This document shows, in pieces, positions 45,171 to 58,806 of a stretch of 64,000 nucleotides of DNA. The notes under the pieces are model-generated. The model saw only the letters and a program-made list of their open reading frames with translations. It made no database searches and had not been told where the DNA came from. The stretch comes from Lingula anatina (taxonomy: Eukaryota; Animalia; Brachiopoda), in contig CM120642.1 of NCBI GenBank assembly GCA_051362555.1, positions 29,574,001 to 29,638,000 of the forward strand. Direction: 5' to 3'. The position numbers and the translations under genes are program-made. How positions within the stretch are numbered: position 1 is the stretch's first letter; every line of letters starts with the position of its first letter.

Positions 45171-47475
45171 GCCATCCTTAAGATGACATATGTGTAGCTG
45201 TTACGTAATTTTGTCGCTGATCGCTGAAGGTTTATATATTGCCCGAAAGAATGTATGAAAGGCAGTAAATAAGAAGTTTTGGGTGAAGGGTGTCAATATT
45301 AAATATTTAGTAAAGGTGCTACTGAATCAAAAATAGAACATCTTTTTTGGATCACGACCTAAATATGGCGGACGTACATGAAAGGAAGACCGCTTAATCC
45401 TGTAATGGTCTCTCCGCCTCTCACACGTCTCCTCACTGATTCTCCACCAAAACCCGGAGACATATCTTGCGAAAAATCCTTCTAGTGTTACGAGCACCTA
45501 CCAATAGATCATTGGAGAGCTCGTCTTTCACTATTTATGCCAAGAAATCTTATACATATGTATATAAATGTGGAAGTGGATAAAAAGAAAACAATTGACA
45601 TTTTTTTTGTTTTGTTTTATTTGTTCCCATTCTAGTGCTTTGGGGCTCAAACATCCCTTGCTTGTGCTTTGATAAAAATATTGAGCACACACGGTGCATA
45701 TTTATCATCTTGAACTGTGATTTAGGTGTTGTTATCACGTCTAAGTAAACACCATGCTGCGTTATTTCTTGAGATAAAACAGCTGTGTTTGGTTTATGCC
45801 TGACGCAATAAAGCCTTCATCGGGACAGCGTGGCATTGATTGTGGACAGTGCATTGATATTAGAGATCTGTACTGCAATGGGAGAATATTGTTTAAGTTC
45901 TTGTGTTTGTGGCTTTTGGTAGGTGTTATGTGCCTTCGTCAGCCTCTAAAAATAAAACATTAGTTAAAAAGGTTGCCCCACTCCCAATTCTGTGTTTTTT
46001 ATTCAAAAATGATCACCTCACAGGTGTAAATTGTTTTAAATAATGCTTTGCATTCCAGACCATAACTTACATGGTTAATCGTTCAGAAAATACAAAATAG
46101 TGGTGAAAAAATATATATTTTATAACATTTATTCAAATTTAGAGTATGCACCCACTGAAATCCGGTGTTTTACTGTAATTTCCGCAGAGGTAAAGAAATG
46201 CCTGTTAAATTAAAAAGACAAAGCCATATATCATCAAATTTACACAAAATTAGCTTTAGGATTATATGCTGGTTAAAGGTTTCTTGTTTAAAAACGTGTG
46301 TGTCTACCGCGTACTACAATTATCTCCTATAGGCGGCGGGACAAGCCTTCATCAAGGTTTAAAATCCAGTTTTGTGGGATATTGTCCCATCCTTGTTAAA
46401 GAATTTGGTTGTGTTGGTCAAGATTATTTGGGGATTGGTTCTCCTCTGCATTGAACAGTATCCAATGTCATAGACTGGGTTCCCATGCCTAGATCGATCC
46501 AATAGGTTCGGTCTAACTCCATGGAGATTCACGCTAAATCGAATCAGCTAGGGGCACTTTAGTGCACCCTCGGCCTCCGGTTGTTAATTACCCCCTAACA
46601 GCTTCAGTGGGCGTGACAAACATTTAAGCTTAGAGACCATTCCCAGAGACTATCGTATTACCTTTGGATCGATCTATCTCCACGGGGAATTTCACTAAAT
46701 TGTCATTAACTTAAGCGGCTTAGATGTCTGTCACGCCTACTGAAGCTGAAAGGGGGTAAATAACTACGTTTAACAGCTTTAAAAGGCGTGCCAGATTACC
46801 CTGATTCAGGGTCTGACACTTCTATTGTCCATTGTGTGTAATTTGTCTTTAAGGCTTTGTCTTATTTTGAAATTCAATCAATGCCAATATACGTCGCATA
46901 TAGGGAACCTACGGAGTAACATGGGGTACGTTCGTAAGTGAGAAAATGTTTCCTTTAATTTTGAATATTAAAAATGTGGATGTTAGCATGAAGCCATGCG
47001 TACGGGTTGTCACATATAGTATTGGCTCGTATTATATGTACCAAGGAAATAACCTTGTGTAGTTTAGTTCAATTCTCCTCACTCCATAGTAAATCGTGTT
47101 TTTTTTTTTTTTTTTTTTTTGCAACAGAAAGTTGACAACAGAAGAACCAGTATTTAATCAATTCAAAATCATCTTCTGCGATTAACCTCTCTTACATTTC
47201 TAGGACCAGTAAGCTAGTATTGTTTTTCTGTAAAATCTATTTTCAATAGTGTTGTTTCATATCAAATTTAGTATAACACGGTTGTCATTAGCCTTCGTAT
47301 TGAAAAAGGAATAGAATTAAGTGAGAGGGTACGTTTTCTGTTACGAGTCACCTGACAAAGGTGGATGTTTTAACTTGCGCCTATCCGCTAAGCTTTTAGT
47401 AAGTTACATTTATAAAAATTACCATTTTATGAAGTATATGTGCGTCTTCCAATTTCAGGATTCCATTTTTGAACC

Positions 47476-50400
47476 ATGGCAACTCTGCCTTGGAGACAAC
47501 GTTTGTACTATTTGACAACAAACTTTAAACAGCTGTGCTCCCGAAAACAAATTGGCTTATTGAACTATTTTGAAGAGCGCATGTGTCAATTACGAGATAG
47601 ATATGAAGAAGCCCTGGTTAACGTCCAAGAAGTAGAAAAATCACTGGGAATAAATTTACACACAAACAAGGGGTCATTCACATGCAATCCAAAAAATACG
47701 GAAATCATTTTCTTCGGGTTGTACGGAGATCTCCTGAGATATTTTGAAAGATACCCGCGTATTTCAAAAGACAGAATTAAAGGCGAAGCTCCTGTCCATG
47801 ACCGCTCTAATCGAAATAAATTGTGGATATTTATCCACCCAGGAAAGAAAGGCATGCAGGTAAGTTGGATCTCCGCTCCTAGTGTCCCTTCACCTTATGG
47901 TTACCACTGGACGTTCATCTTGACTGAAATGGCGGCGAGTTTATTTGATATTGGTAGCAATTTCATGTAAAATTAAATGGTAAACGACTTCCTTAATGAA
48001 TACATCAAATTGTTATCTCTATAAATTTTAACTATATTAATTTACGCATTTCACTCTGGTAAATGATTCAAATCGTTGTCCACATAGGATAATAATACGA
48101 GAGTATATGAGATAATACGAGAAAGGACCAAGTGCATGGTCTACAACGCGTGTAAGGATGAATAGAGTGATAGCCAATGAACGAGGCTAAATTGATGAAC
48201 GAGACGTACTAAATCATATTCATGGCTGAGGATATATTTCATAACTGAACTATCCATCTTAAAATATTTATTTTTGTTATTGTTTATATTCATAAATCAT
48301 TAAAATGATGAAACATTTTTATGAAGAAAAAATCGTCATTGGAAATAATAGTAAGTTTTTTTATGAGTTTGCTTTCTCACGAATACGTTTATTGTATTTC
48401 AGGAAAGTGCTGATCAGTTGCAGGATGTGTTTCTAAACGAGAAAAACATTTTGTTCATCAACAAGCTTTCCTCTCCCGAGTTGTTCGCAAGTGAGCTTTG
48501 GGACATTTTACCAGTCGTGCGTGACAACTACCAGCAAAATGCTCAAGGTTGGGATGATTATGTGCTAGCTCACACCGTTAAAGGTGACGCGTTTTCTATA
48601 TTACGTCAATTCATGGTTGATGAATTACACCAAGGTAGCCTTAGTGAGCCACGGGCGACGTTAATCAGTGAAATGTCTAAACTAAATCTGGACTTTCAAT
48701 CCCAGGGCATAGTAGAGAAAAAAAGTTTTCACAAAAGAGAAAATGATCTTAAAAGCGCAATTTGTCGGTACATACTTACGTGCGACGCGGAAATCGAGTT
48801 TTGGTGTGACCAGCGTCCACTTGAAGATTTACAAACGAGAAAAGTAGAGGAACATAGTTTGGAACAATTGCTCTGCTCCACAGTTGAAGTGATAGAGCAA
48901 ATACTGCTCCGAATTTTGAGTGCCATACTGTCTATTATAGAGCCGTTCTTTGACAAAGGAGTAAAATTTGACCTTGAAAAGTTGAAAGCCAACATAAAAG
49001 AAACTATCGCGTCATACTTACGACATACCTTTACTGACATAGAATCAAAGTCGAAGGGACTTTTCGCGTATTTTTCACGCCTGGTGTTTGGAACGACATC
49101 AAATCAAAATGTGTCCAGAGATGAGATTCTTCAAAGGACGCTGTGTACATTAAAGGCAAATGCAACAGCCATTACAGAAGATATCTGTGCCATATACAAC
49201 AACTTTAATTTGCCTCCAAAGAGAAAAGCATTTGTGACCGCAAAGGATCTGAACACCGAGTTGCTGTTCATCCAAATTGAAGTTGATGGGTTGTTGCGAT
49301 CATTGGTAGGGGATGGTGGACATAGGGAAAGTCAACAAGATACCCTGGACCCTTCAACTGAGAAATCGTTACTTAGGTAGGTTTAAGTGCCATCAAATAC
49401 CTTATGCTAACTAAATGGGACAATTAACATTTCTGTCATCATTTAGCTCTCAGAATGAAACGCATTTTAGTTCAGAGGGTATTTTAAATTCAAATACAAT
49501 AAATTACAATTCAGATACGTCTAGGTCTCAGTATACGAGAGAAGTCGTCAATCACCCTAACACACTCTTCTTTCGGCATGGCACGTATAACATTAAAACG
49601 AACCCTCATGGGACATTTTTCTTGGGACACCTAGAAATTAAACATTAGACATAAAGATACATATAGAGCGAGCGTGGATTTTCATTAACCCATATAAACC
49701 ATATTTATTAGTTTTTGGTACAAACAAAATAAAGTTGACATGCCAAACCATAAACCAAATTAACCTCTTGTTCAGCCAAAACAGGTTTAAAACTGCATTT
49801 TCTTCAATTTTTAGTCCTGAATTGACCTATTAACTGGTCCACAAAATCATAAAGGTCCGCTATATGACATAGAACCGCGCGCATTGCATAGTCATCACTC
49901 TTACTCCCATGCATAGATGTATGGCTGCATAGTTATTCAAACGAGACTGCTGAGGAATATTTACAGCGAATAAAGAAAGAAGAACAATCCATTCAAATAC
50001 CGTTTTTGAGATATATGAAATGATGTCCTCCTCTGCAGCCAGGCTGGTAACAAAAACAGAAATTAACAGTAGATATAACACCTGTGTTGAAGGAACTTCA
50101 TTGGCTTCCTCTATGTGAGAGAAATTTATTTAAAGTTTTATATGTAAAGTTTTAAGCAGATTCACATGAAAAATTCTTGTATCTCAGAACCCATTCAGCC
50201 ATATCAGCAGGGACGAATGACTAGGACTTCAACTTTAAACCATCTACTTAAAGGGCATACTGCCCTAGAAAAGCTAATAAATGTTGTGATGGGGCTTTTA
50301 CGATACATGTGCCTGAGTTATTATATATTATAGTTTATCCACTAAAATAAGAGCCGGGGGTAACTTGGACAGTACAGTTATAAGAAACTTTTAACGTCAT

Positions 50401-53400
50401 AATTGTGATTTTGGGGTAAAAACTGCAAATCGTTTCTCAAATTTCTCTTTTACCCACGATCAACGTTTTAACGCCGATTTAATGACACCAGTTAGTACTA
50501 TAAACTCCTGCCAGCGATTTTCTTAAAAGTATAAGTTAAGATTTTATCGCTGATAAAGCAAAATAAGGCCTTTGTTCAATCAAAATCTGTATGTAGAGGG
50601 TCAAAATTCGATCCAAGACGAAAGCATTTACATGTAAACCAAAACGCTGGCACAGGAGTGAAGCTCACACACTTCGGTCAACCATGCCGGTCCAAAATTG
50701 GCATAATAGAAAGGTGTTATAGAAAGGTGTTAAATTGACGATTTAAGCTTTGAGACGCTTATGCTTATACAGACTTGAAATTAAATATGGAATTTTTTTT
50801 CAAAATCATTTTCATCAGTTTTTCCTATTTTGCTGACAGATAAATGAAAATAAAGATTAAAATCAATCATCAATCGTGTTTTAACAACTTTTAATAATCT
50901 CTTTGGTGTCCTTGTAATTATTTTTGCCAGTGAATAAAAAAAAATAAATAAATAAATACATTGCCTATTGTAAATCATACGACAACCATTAAAAGCGCTA
51001 TATTTGATCTCTATGTTTTCTAAATTATCATCCGTAAAAGAGATACACGCCCCACAAAGCACCCACATGTCATTGTCTGGTCACAGCAACGGTCTATGTT
51101 ACACTTGGCCCCGTATCTCGAAAGCTTCGCTATGTTGCGAGCGGGCGCGAGCATGGCGATTCCGCGCTATTTGCGAGTGCGATTGCACCTACCCACTATC
51201 CCGAAGCCTTAGCAAACGCAACGCAATTATAACCTCAAACTCTACTAAAATTCGTGAAGACGGCATATCACAATTACACAAAATGTAAGTTTTTTCACCA
51301 TGACGCTAATTAAGAGCGAGGCTCACTTGTACAAATGAATGTGAAGCGGACTCTGTTATTGGGGGCTTTCTGTCACGTTATACACCGGCAATCTAATCGT
51401 GCAACCTTAAATTGTTCCTTAGGCGCCCCCTATCAAATAACAATCAAGTGATTCCTAGATTATTCCTTTATATGTCGTTTCGTCGTAGGCCTCTTCAAGA
51501 TGTCTGTAAACTCTGTTTTGACTAATTGAGCGGTACAGGTGAAATGTGACCTCAATAAAGAAACCCACGCGGTTTCATTGTTCTACTCAGAAACGGTCAA
51601 GGTCCCCGTTCATTGGAGAAACAGACGACGATGTTTTGCTGTTTACAGTGGCTTCCTCAGAGGTCGCCTGGTATTCTAACCTGCTAAAACCAGTTTGGTG
51701 TTCGCTAAGGGTGTTGAAAAACGCGTTCTGGTGGCAATTTGTCCCTCATTCTGATCGAACTGGGTGGTTTTTGTTAAGTTGCCTCTGTTTAGTTCCCTCT
51801 TTGTTTAGTGACCTCTTTGTAGGTACAGTGTACATCAGTCTGAGCATAACTCTGTAAAAATCTGAGGACCGTTCTGTGTGACACAGTAATCTGTCTGGCA
51901 ATGTCTGTCTTTTTCGTTTTGTAAAACAATGCTTAACCCATTTTACGTACTGCAAAACTGACCGCATGCATGCAAAATTTCTATACAGTAGTTGCCGTCA
52001 TATGAATACTTTTTGGCAGAATCTAGCTTCGCCAAAGCCAAACTTTGAGCAGCCCAAAGGTGCAACAGACACGGTTGTCAGTTAATCGGTTGCGACACAC
52101 CTGACTACACACTTCTGCATTCACATATATAATATGAGATCCGAGTTTTTTTTTCTTTTTTTTTTTGAAAATAGAACGCATTTTTACTTAGGTATAACTT
52201 TGAAACTGAAATACTCCATATTTAATGTCAAAAACGCCGATATTTTATATTTGCAAGGGTTTTTCATTGTTTCAAATCAGCACAATTATTGAATATTTAG
52301 ATGCAGGGAAAAACTCATTTTCGATATTTGGATGATAATTAAAGATTAAAATATCATTTTCCTACATATAAATGGCACTGACCGAGCACGAAAGTAAAAA
52401 CCGATCGAGTCTTGCAATTGTTTATTTTGAAACCATTCTATTTCCAGACTCCAGTACGTGAAAGCATTTGGGTTTCTCTTTGATAAGTTCCACGTTCATG
52501 TAGCAGAGAAAAACTTGCGGACACCCGAGGACCAGCAACGTGTACAAAAAGAATTATCAGCTATTCTTGATGAACGGTTCCAGGACGCGGGGTTTTGCAT
52601 AGTAAAACATTCTGCTAATGCAAATATCACGCCTTTCGCGCGCCCGACCGAGGTTTATGGACCTGGTACTAAAGTATGGCGACATGACCAGCGTCATGGC
52701 TCTTTAGGAGCTTTTGCTTATGGAAGTTCTTCTGATGACATGTACGCATTAACGTGTGCCCATGTGGTGGACAAGGATGGTAAAGTGTACGTTTTATCAC
52801 CTGCCGGTAACATTTGTCTAGGAAGTTGTAGTGCTAAAATACCATTTATGGGTAGATCACTTGATTCAGTGGTTGACGATGAACCTGTCAATCTTATTGA
52901 CATAGCAGCAGTCAAAGTTGAAAAAGAAATCAAACAAGATTGTGGGCAATGCTTTTGTCATGACAATACATGCGACTTTCGGCCAACAATTTCGAATTCT
53001 AGTCCCGAAGATTTGGTTGGTAAGTTGGTTCAAAAGCGTGGAGCATCAGATATAGGACGCGTCAAGAAGGGGATGGTCACTGGCCATGGATATTGCTTTA
53101 AATCTATATTTGGAACCATTAAAAATGCCATTCTCATATCCTGTCAACAAAAACGCGCACGAGCCTTTGCAGTGCCCGGGGACAGCGGATCCTTCGTGTG
53201 GTCAGAAATTCCTAGCAGATACCAAGATAACAGAAAACATGCAGTGTCTGCGGTAGCCATGGTGTATGGAGGGGCAACACTTGAAGGTTGTACTCTGAGC
53301 AATTTAACACAGTTTGTTGATGTCATGACAGAGCAATTTCCCGTTACCGTTGCATTTGGACTTAACAATGCACTTGCAAAGCTTAATGAAGTTATGCCAG

Positions 53401-53597
53401 ATGGAACACACCTGTCCTTGAGCAGACCAAGATTTCATTGGTATAATGCAGTTTTACATGCCATAAGGTTTTATGTACGTACGTGGAGATCAGTTTGTCT
53501 GGTATTGATGCTTCTGACGTCTTTTGTTGGAATTATGCGGCTAGATCTTGAGGACCTAGCCATTGGGCGCGTAAGCGTCAATTCTCGACTCGTTTAG
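47476..53597 (+). CDS. 835-aa protein: helical N-terminal region, Nal1/Ssy5-type trypsin-like serine protease, C-terminal hydrophobic segment. Exons 47476-47859, 48403-49376, 52448-53597.
   Basis: Kozak ACCATGG. CAG|GTAAGT to TTTCAG|GAA (phase 0) and AG|GTAGGT to TTCCAG|A (phase 2) join three ORFs. Catalytic motifs GSLG..YALTCAHVV (His), IDIAAVKV (Asp), FAVPGDSGS (Ser); ends SVCLVLMLLTSFVGIM. Confidence 0.82.
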
Positions 53598-53954
53598 ATC
53601 GCTTCTTTGCGGACTTTGTTAATTCATTTGTACTCTGACGAATAGGGTCAATGTATTAATTCTATTAGATGGTACTGAGGGTATCTGATGTTTTGTAAAT
53701 TTGGTTTGGGGTTCATCGTGGTAGGTTCACTGTTCAAAAATTGCATCTGTTTGTTTCATACGATGTTGGTAGCAAAATGGGAACAGAAGTATTCTCAATG
53801 GTGGGTTATTTTAAAAAAATGTTCTTTTTCGTATGTAAAGACAAGGAATATACTATACATTATTTATATCATTCTACAAAGGATATATGTGCTAGACTTT
53901 CGCAAATACTTTTAAAACTTCAATGAAATATGCGAAGAGGTGATTGTTTTGACT

Positions 53955-55332
53955 TACATCTTGAACATAATAACGAAAGGACGTGAAACGCGGCATCTTC
54001 CTTTGAAGCTATATGCGTTTGGGTAAACATTCGTCCATTGTCTCAGATAAGCTGTTTTGACAGCTCCACGGGAGCCTGAACAGATTATTATCAAGGTAGT
54101 GCGTGCTGTGCCTCAGTGAATTCCTTTTGTTCTATTGCATGGATAACGCAATTTCTCGCGGTCCCTCGTGGTTGCTATGATACAGCATTGCCGCCATCTT
54201 GCAGTTGCGCCTATGTGCTCGCAACTTCTTTTTCCTGTTACCTGATTAAAACGGGTTCTGGCGTTTGTCTATACTAGTACTTGTTATCGTTTCCAAGATT
54301 GCATTGAACTATGTTGAGCTGACATATAACTGGTTTTAAAGCAATGTATCGGCCGATCATGTGTGGTGCCATTTGTCAACGAGAGCCGCGATAGGAGAGT
54401 AAAGAGATTATCAATTAACATCCCCAAATTCGAGCAGACAATGGCCGGTAAAATGAATATATATATACACAGTTAACAAAAGTGTTGTTGTCAACTTTGA
54501 TAAAGGAATATCAAAATGCATTACGGGTGCGTTTTTGTGTGTCACAAATTCGCATGTGGTGCCATATTGCATATGAGCCGATATTGAGAGTAAAAAATAT
54601 TAATTATCATCCCAAAAATCGGGCATATTTAAGCAAGTAGCACAAATAAACAAAGTATACATCAGTCTTGATGTCATCTTTAATTAAAAGGTGCGTAAAA
54701 AATTCCGGCCTAAAAGAAATGTCAGCGAGCCTAAGAAATCAGAGAGAAATTGCGTCATTTTAATTCAAGACACGATTGAAGGTTTCATTATTGCCGCATC
54801 TCAAGCTTAGTTCTCACGTAGAGAGAAAATTTCGACACTAGAAATATTTTCCTATCGGATCATAGCTAAAAACAAGTATGTTACACTACAATTATACAAT
54901 TTTGAATGCTCATTTACGGCAACAAACAAGATTGCCTTTACTACATAGGGCATTAGCTTCCAAATTGATAGAACAAATTGTACTTATACTTAATCTCTTT
55001 AAGTTTATTGTCTCATCCACCCGAAGGATTTCCTCACGTTATCGCGAACTACCTGACCAAATGACACAAAAAGTCATCGACAACTGCGATATGCTCGCTA
55101 CCTGTACGAGAGGTCACGTGATCCGAACGTAATTTAAATGGCATTGTCCTAGAAAATCGTGGTGGTTGGATCTTAGTTACAATAATAGCTGTGGTATCAT
55201 CATCATCAAAGGTTCTCTTCTCTTCAGAGACTGTGTTCACGGTTTCGTGAAGAGCTCGCGCTAAGCCGATACGATTACCCTTTCATCTTGCTCCGCGTTT
55301 CATGTCCTTTCGTGATTATGTCCAAGCTTACA
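53955..55332. mobile_element. Degenerate DNA-transposon relic with long imperfect terminal inverted repeats
   Basis: CTTGAACATAATAACGAAAGGACGTGAAACGCGG mirrored by CCGCGTTTCATGTCCTTTCGTGATTATGTCCAAG; no ORF. Confidence 0.5.
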
Positions 55333-56207
55333 TGTACATATTTATTACATCTCTTTAAAGAGTTAAGCTTGATTTGTTGTGCGATATTCAGGTTTGAAAC
55401 CTGCTCGTTCTTCACTGAATAGAAGCTCATACAGAAGGTACCCTGTCAGTCTCCCCGAAAGTATGAAGTTGACAAGGTTTCCCTGGCACTTTATAATACA
55501 CAAGATACGCTAACGTGAAGTCTGCATGATTTAGATCTATCTGTTACACAGTTGGAGAAGAGACTCAATTGCTGAATTTAAAAAGAACATCAGAAAATGT
55601 TGTTTTTCATTTCTTTTTTCATATGTTTAATATTGTCATTGGCACTTAATTTGTAATATAAAATAATTGAATTGTTATTTACACATTCTCTTACAATAAA
55701 TATATACTAATTAAGTCTCGTGATTAGTTTTTTTCTGACAGGAAGTACATATACTGCATGTCTGGGTTTACCTCTGAAACTATCTGAGTCTAGCATTGCC
55801 TGGGTGCCTGGATTACATCTGGACCTCGATACACACACTCACGCACAAACACATACATACACATACATGCAAACACGAACCCACTTGCGCGCATCGCACA
55901 CAGACTAAGGATGCATTCCCAGAGATTTAGATCGATCCAGAGATTTAGATTTAGATCGACGTAACTCTCTGGGAACACGCTAAATTGCAGTCAGCCGAGC
56001 GCGCACCATAGTTAATTACTCCCTTACAGCTTTTAGTAGGCGGGACAGATGCTTAAGCCGGCTAAGCTGACAGTAATCTAGTGAGACTCCCCACAGGGAC
56101 AGATCGATCTAAAATTCATGGGAATGGGGTCTTATTCACACATACATGCTCATACACGCACAAAATAAATTGAAAAAAAAAAACCTTTAAAACCTGCCAT
56201 GAGAAGT

Positions 56208-56346
56208 CAGGCCCGTAGCCGGGGGGGGTGGGGGGGGGGTGTTCGAAAGAGCCGCCCCTTTTGCTGGGAAAAGGTAAATTTTGATCTAGGTACATGAAGC
56301 TTTTATGGGAAAAGGTCCACTTTTGAAATTGCTGGCTACGGGCCTG
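56208..56346. mobile_element. Short MITE with CAGGCCCGTAGCC TIRs (hAT-like)
   Basis: 13-bp perfect TIR; TSD not clear. Confidence 0.65.
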
Positions 56347-56407
56347 AAAAGAAGCGTATTGCGTATAAGGCCTAAATTTTGTTGATGTCTATATAGTGGC
56401 ATAGAAA

Positions 56408-56555
56408 GCATTCACATCGAATAGAGCCGAGGTCTAGCAAGGCCGAGACCTAAATATAGCGGACTTACATGAAAGGAAGACCGCATAATTCTTTAATGGT
56501 CTCTCAATGACATTCAGTGACCTTGCTAGACCTCGGCTCTTCTCGATGCCAATGC
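56408..56555. mobile_element. Hairpin MITE; internal part repeated at about 45355-45415
   Basis: AGAGCCGAGGTCTAGCAAGG / CCTTGCTAGACCTCGGCTCT inverted pair; ACCTAAATAT.GCGGAC.TACATGAAAGGAAGACCGC shared. Confidence 0.65.
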
Positions 56556-56757
56556 TCTCATAGGCATGTTAGCTGAAATAGGTCACATTTGGTCGGTTAA
56601 TTATTAACGTCTCGGCAGACAATCGTGTAATCATCCATGCACCAGACATTGTTCACACTGTGGAGTAATGCTCATAAGATAACGTTCACAAGGTCATGGG
56701 TATCCTCTTCATCAAGCACGTTCTCACTACCCACGTCCAACTTTTACAGTGCCAGAC

Positions 56758-58806
56758 ATGGCGCACGTGAACAGCTTCTTTGCGCTTTTAGCGCTGACAT
56801 GCGCTACACCTGCGGTTTCTGAAAGCAGAAATGGCTGCCGAATTATTGCAAAGGACAACCTTTTATGTGCCTCACCAGTGACAAGCAAAGACATTCTGAC
56901 TTTCGTCCCGAGAGCTGCGTCCTCATTAACGGTGGAGAGACACGTGGGGGAAGGATTGGAGTTGACGTTTGTGTTACGACACTTCCCGCGCCTGGAGAAC
57001 GCTAGCGTAACGTGTGAGCGGAAATGTCGTCTGGTAAGCAACTTCAACGAGCATTACAACGAGCCGCAACATTTGAAGAGACTGATCCTTCAGAACGTTG
57101 TTTTCTCCGCTTACACCCTAGACAGTTTCACAGAGCTAAATACTCTTCAGCTACATCACATCAATTTACTGCTCTCTCGAGAAAGCTTTCGAAAGTTATC
57201 CAAGCTATCTGACGTGGAGATATCTAATAACAAAGCTGTTGAATTACCAGACCATGTTTTTTCCTCTCAGGGGATATCTTTAAAAAGACTTATTATTAGA
57301 GATAATGCTGTCCTGAGAGTAACACACAATGCTTTCAAAAATTTAAAAGAGTTGCGCAAGTTAATTCTGAAATCAAATAATGTTACTTTCTTGTCCAAAC
57401 ACAGAGTGGAAGATCACATTTCACACAAGTTGTTCCGAGATTTAGTTCAACTGGAATATTTAGACTTGAGCGACAGCAAGATTTCCGCCCTACCAAAATG
57501 TATATTTGCCAACTCAAAATTACTGTCACATTTAGACCTGAGTAGAAATGAACTGTATTCACTTCCATCAGAAATCTTCAAGAAAAACTGGAGACTACGT
57601 GCATTGCTGATTGGAGGTAATAAACTTCGGTCTCTGCACTTTCTAAACTCTTTAACTCGATTGAGAACCTTAGACGTGAGTCACGCGCGAATTAGAAATA
57701 CGGATCTATCAATTTTGTCACGCTGCACGACTTTAAGAAAACTTACAATGCGACGCATTCCATCACTAAGGTTCAGTGTTAGAGAAATACAGCAACTACC
57801 AAAATATTTAGGTCATCTTGACCTTGGGGAAACCGATGCGAACTCATTGACTTCAGAGACATTTCATGGGTTCTTAAATTTGACTGTCCTTATTATGGAT
57901 AACGTTGGGTTAAAAACCTTGAGCTTTGTCCCATTCAGTACGCTTCAGCGTCTCCGTTATCTGGACGTCTCTCGTAACGGTTTACACGAGATAACTGAAG
58001 ACTTTGCACTATTTAAAGGTGTCTTGGTTCTTCGCGATAACCCACTGCATTGCAACTGCCTTCTGCAATGGATGCTACAACGAGAGACAAACAGAACTTT
58101 GTCCAAACCAGATATACGAGGGGCGACGTGTTTCACTCCAGCGAAGTCAAGAGGTCGGGAGCCGTCTTCTCTATCTCAGTCTGATATGCGATGCTATCCG
58201 CCAGAAGTTACGCTAAGCATTGGCCAGTTAGACAGCAATTACAGTCAGCTAATAACGTGCAATGCGTTAGGTGATCCACCACCAGATGTGATTGTGCAAT
58301 TGTCGTCAGGGCGCAATGCGTCTTCTCTGCCGCATTCGACACAATTCTCTAAATACAATACCAATGTCACGGCGTCTATAGTGGCCAGCGGTAATGATAT
58401 ATTAGTCATGTGCCAGGCGACGAATTCAGAGGGCAATGTTGTGAAGGAGGTTAGAGTAAACACTCACTGTGATCATAAAGAACTTACAATTGTGAAAAAA
58501 GAAATTCATGCTATTCGCTCTATGAAAGAATCTCTTTGGACGCTTGGACTTCTTTTAGTCTTCCTGGTTTTAATAATCGCAGCGCATGCTATTTCGTCTG
58601 AAGTGCGTGGTCACTTTGAACGAGAAATGAAACACCGAAATTCTGGTGGCTCAATAAATTCCTACAAGAAAAGTTCCAAAGACGTTCCTATCGATGGGAT
58701 CTCGGTGGGGAGTGTTTGTACACGTGATCAATCCTCGACAGAAGCAACCTCCGTAGAGGAAGAAAAATTGAACTCTTTTGATGAAAAATCATTATGTTTA
58801 AATTGA
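56758..58806 (+). CDS. Leucine-rich repeat, Ig-domain, single-pass membrane protein (LIG superfamily), 682 aa, intronless CDS
   Basis: ATG 56758 follows acceptor TTTTACAG at 56748. Signal peptide SFFALLALTCATPAVS, many LxxLxLxxN repeats, LRRCT NPLHCNCLLQW..C..P, Ig motifs CNALGDPPP and CQATNSEG, TM LWTLGLLLVFLVLIIAAHAI. Confidence 0.92.
   Translation: MAHVNSFFALLALTCATPAVSESRNGCRIIAKDNLLCASPVTSKDILTFVPRAASSLTVERHVGEGLELTFVLRHFPRLENASVTCERKCRLVSNFNEHYNEPQHLKRLILQNVVFSAYTLDSFTELNTLQLHHINLLLSRESFRKLSKLSDVEISNNKAVELPDHVFSSQGISLKRLIIRDNAVLRVTHNAFKNLKELRKLILKSNNVTFLSKHRVEDHISHKLFRDLVQLEYLDLSDSKISALPKCIFANSKLLSHLDLSRNELYSLPSEIFKKNWRLRALLIGGNKLRSLHFLNSLTRLRTLDVSHARIRNTDLSILSRCTTLRKLTMRRIPSLRFSVREIQQLPKYLGHLDLGETDANSLTSETFHGFLNLTVLIMDNVGLKTLSFVPFSTLQRLRYLDVSRNGLHEITEDFALFKGVLVLRDNPLHCNCLLQWMLQRETNRTLSKPDIRGATCFTPAKSRGREPSSLSQSDMRCYPPEVTLSIGQLDSNYSQLITCNALGDPPPDVIVQLSSGRNASSLPHSTQFSKYNTNVTASIVASGNDILVMCQATNSEGNVVKEVRVNTHCDHKELTIVKKEIHAIRSMKESLWTLGLLLVFLVLIIAAHAISSEVRGHFEREMKHRNSGGSINSYKKSSKDVPIDGISVGSVCTRDQSSTEATSVEEEKLNSFDEKSLCLN

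Noticed and set aside
56749-56757. GTG start given by the ORF track for the LRR gene
   Set aside because: Eukaryotic gene; ATG 56758 has good context and begins the signal peptide
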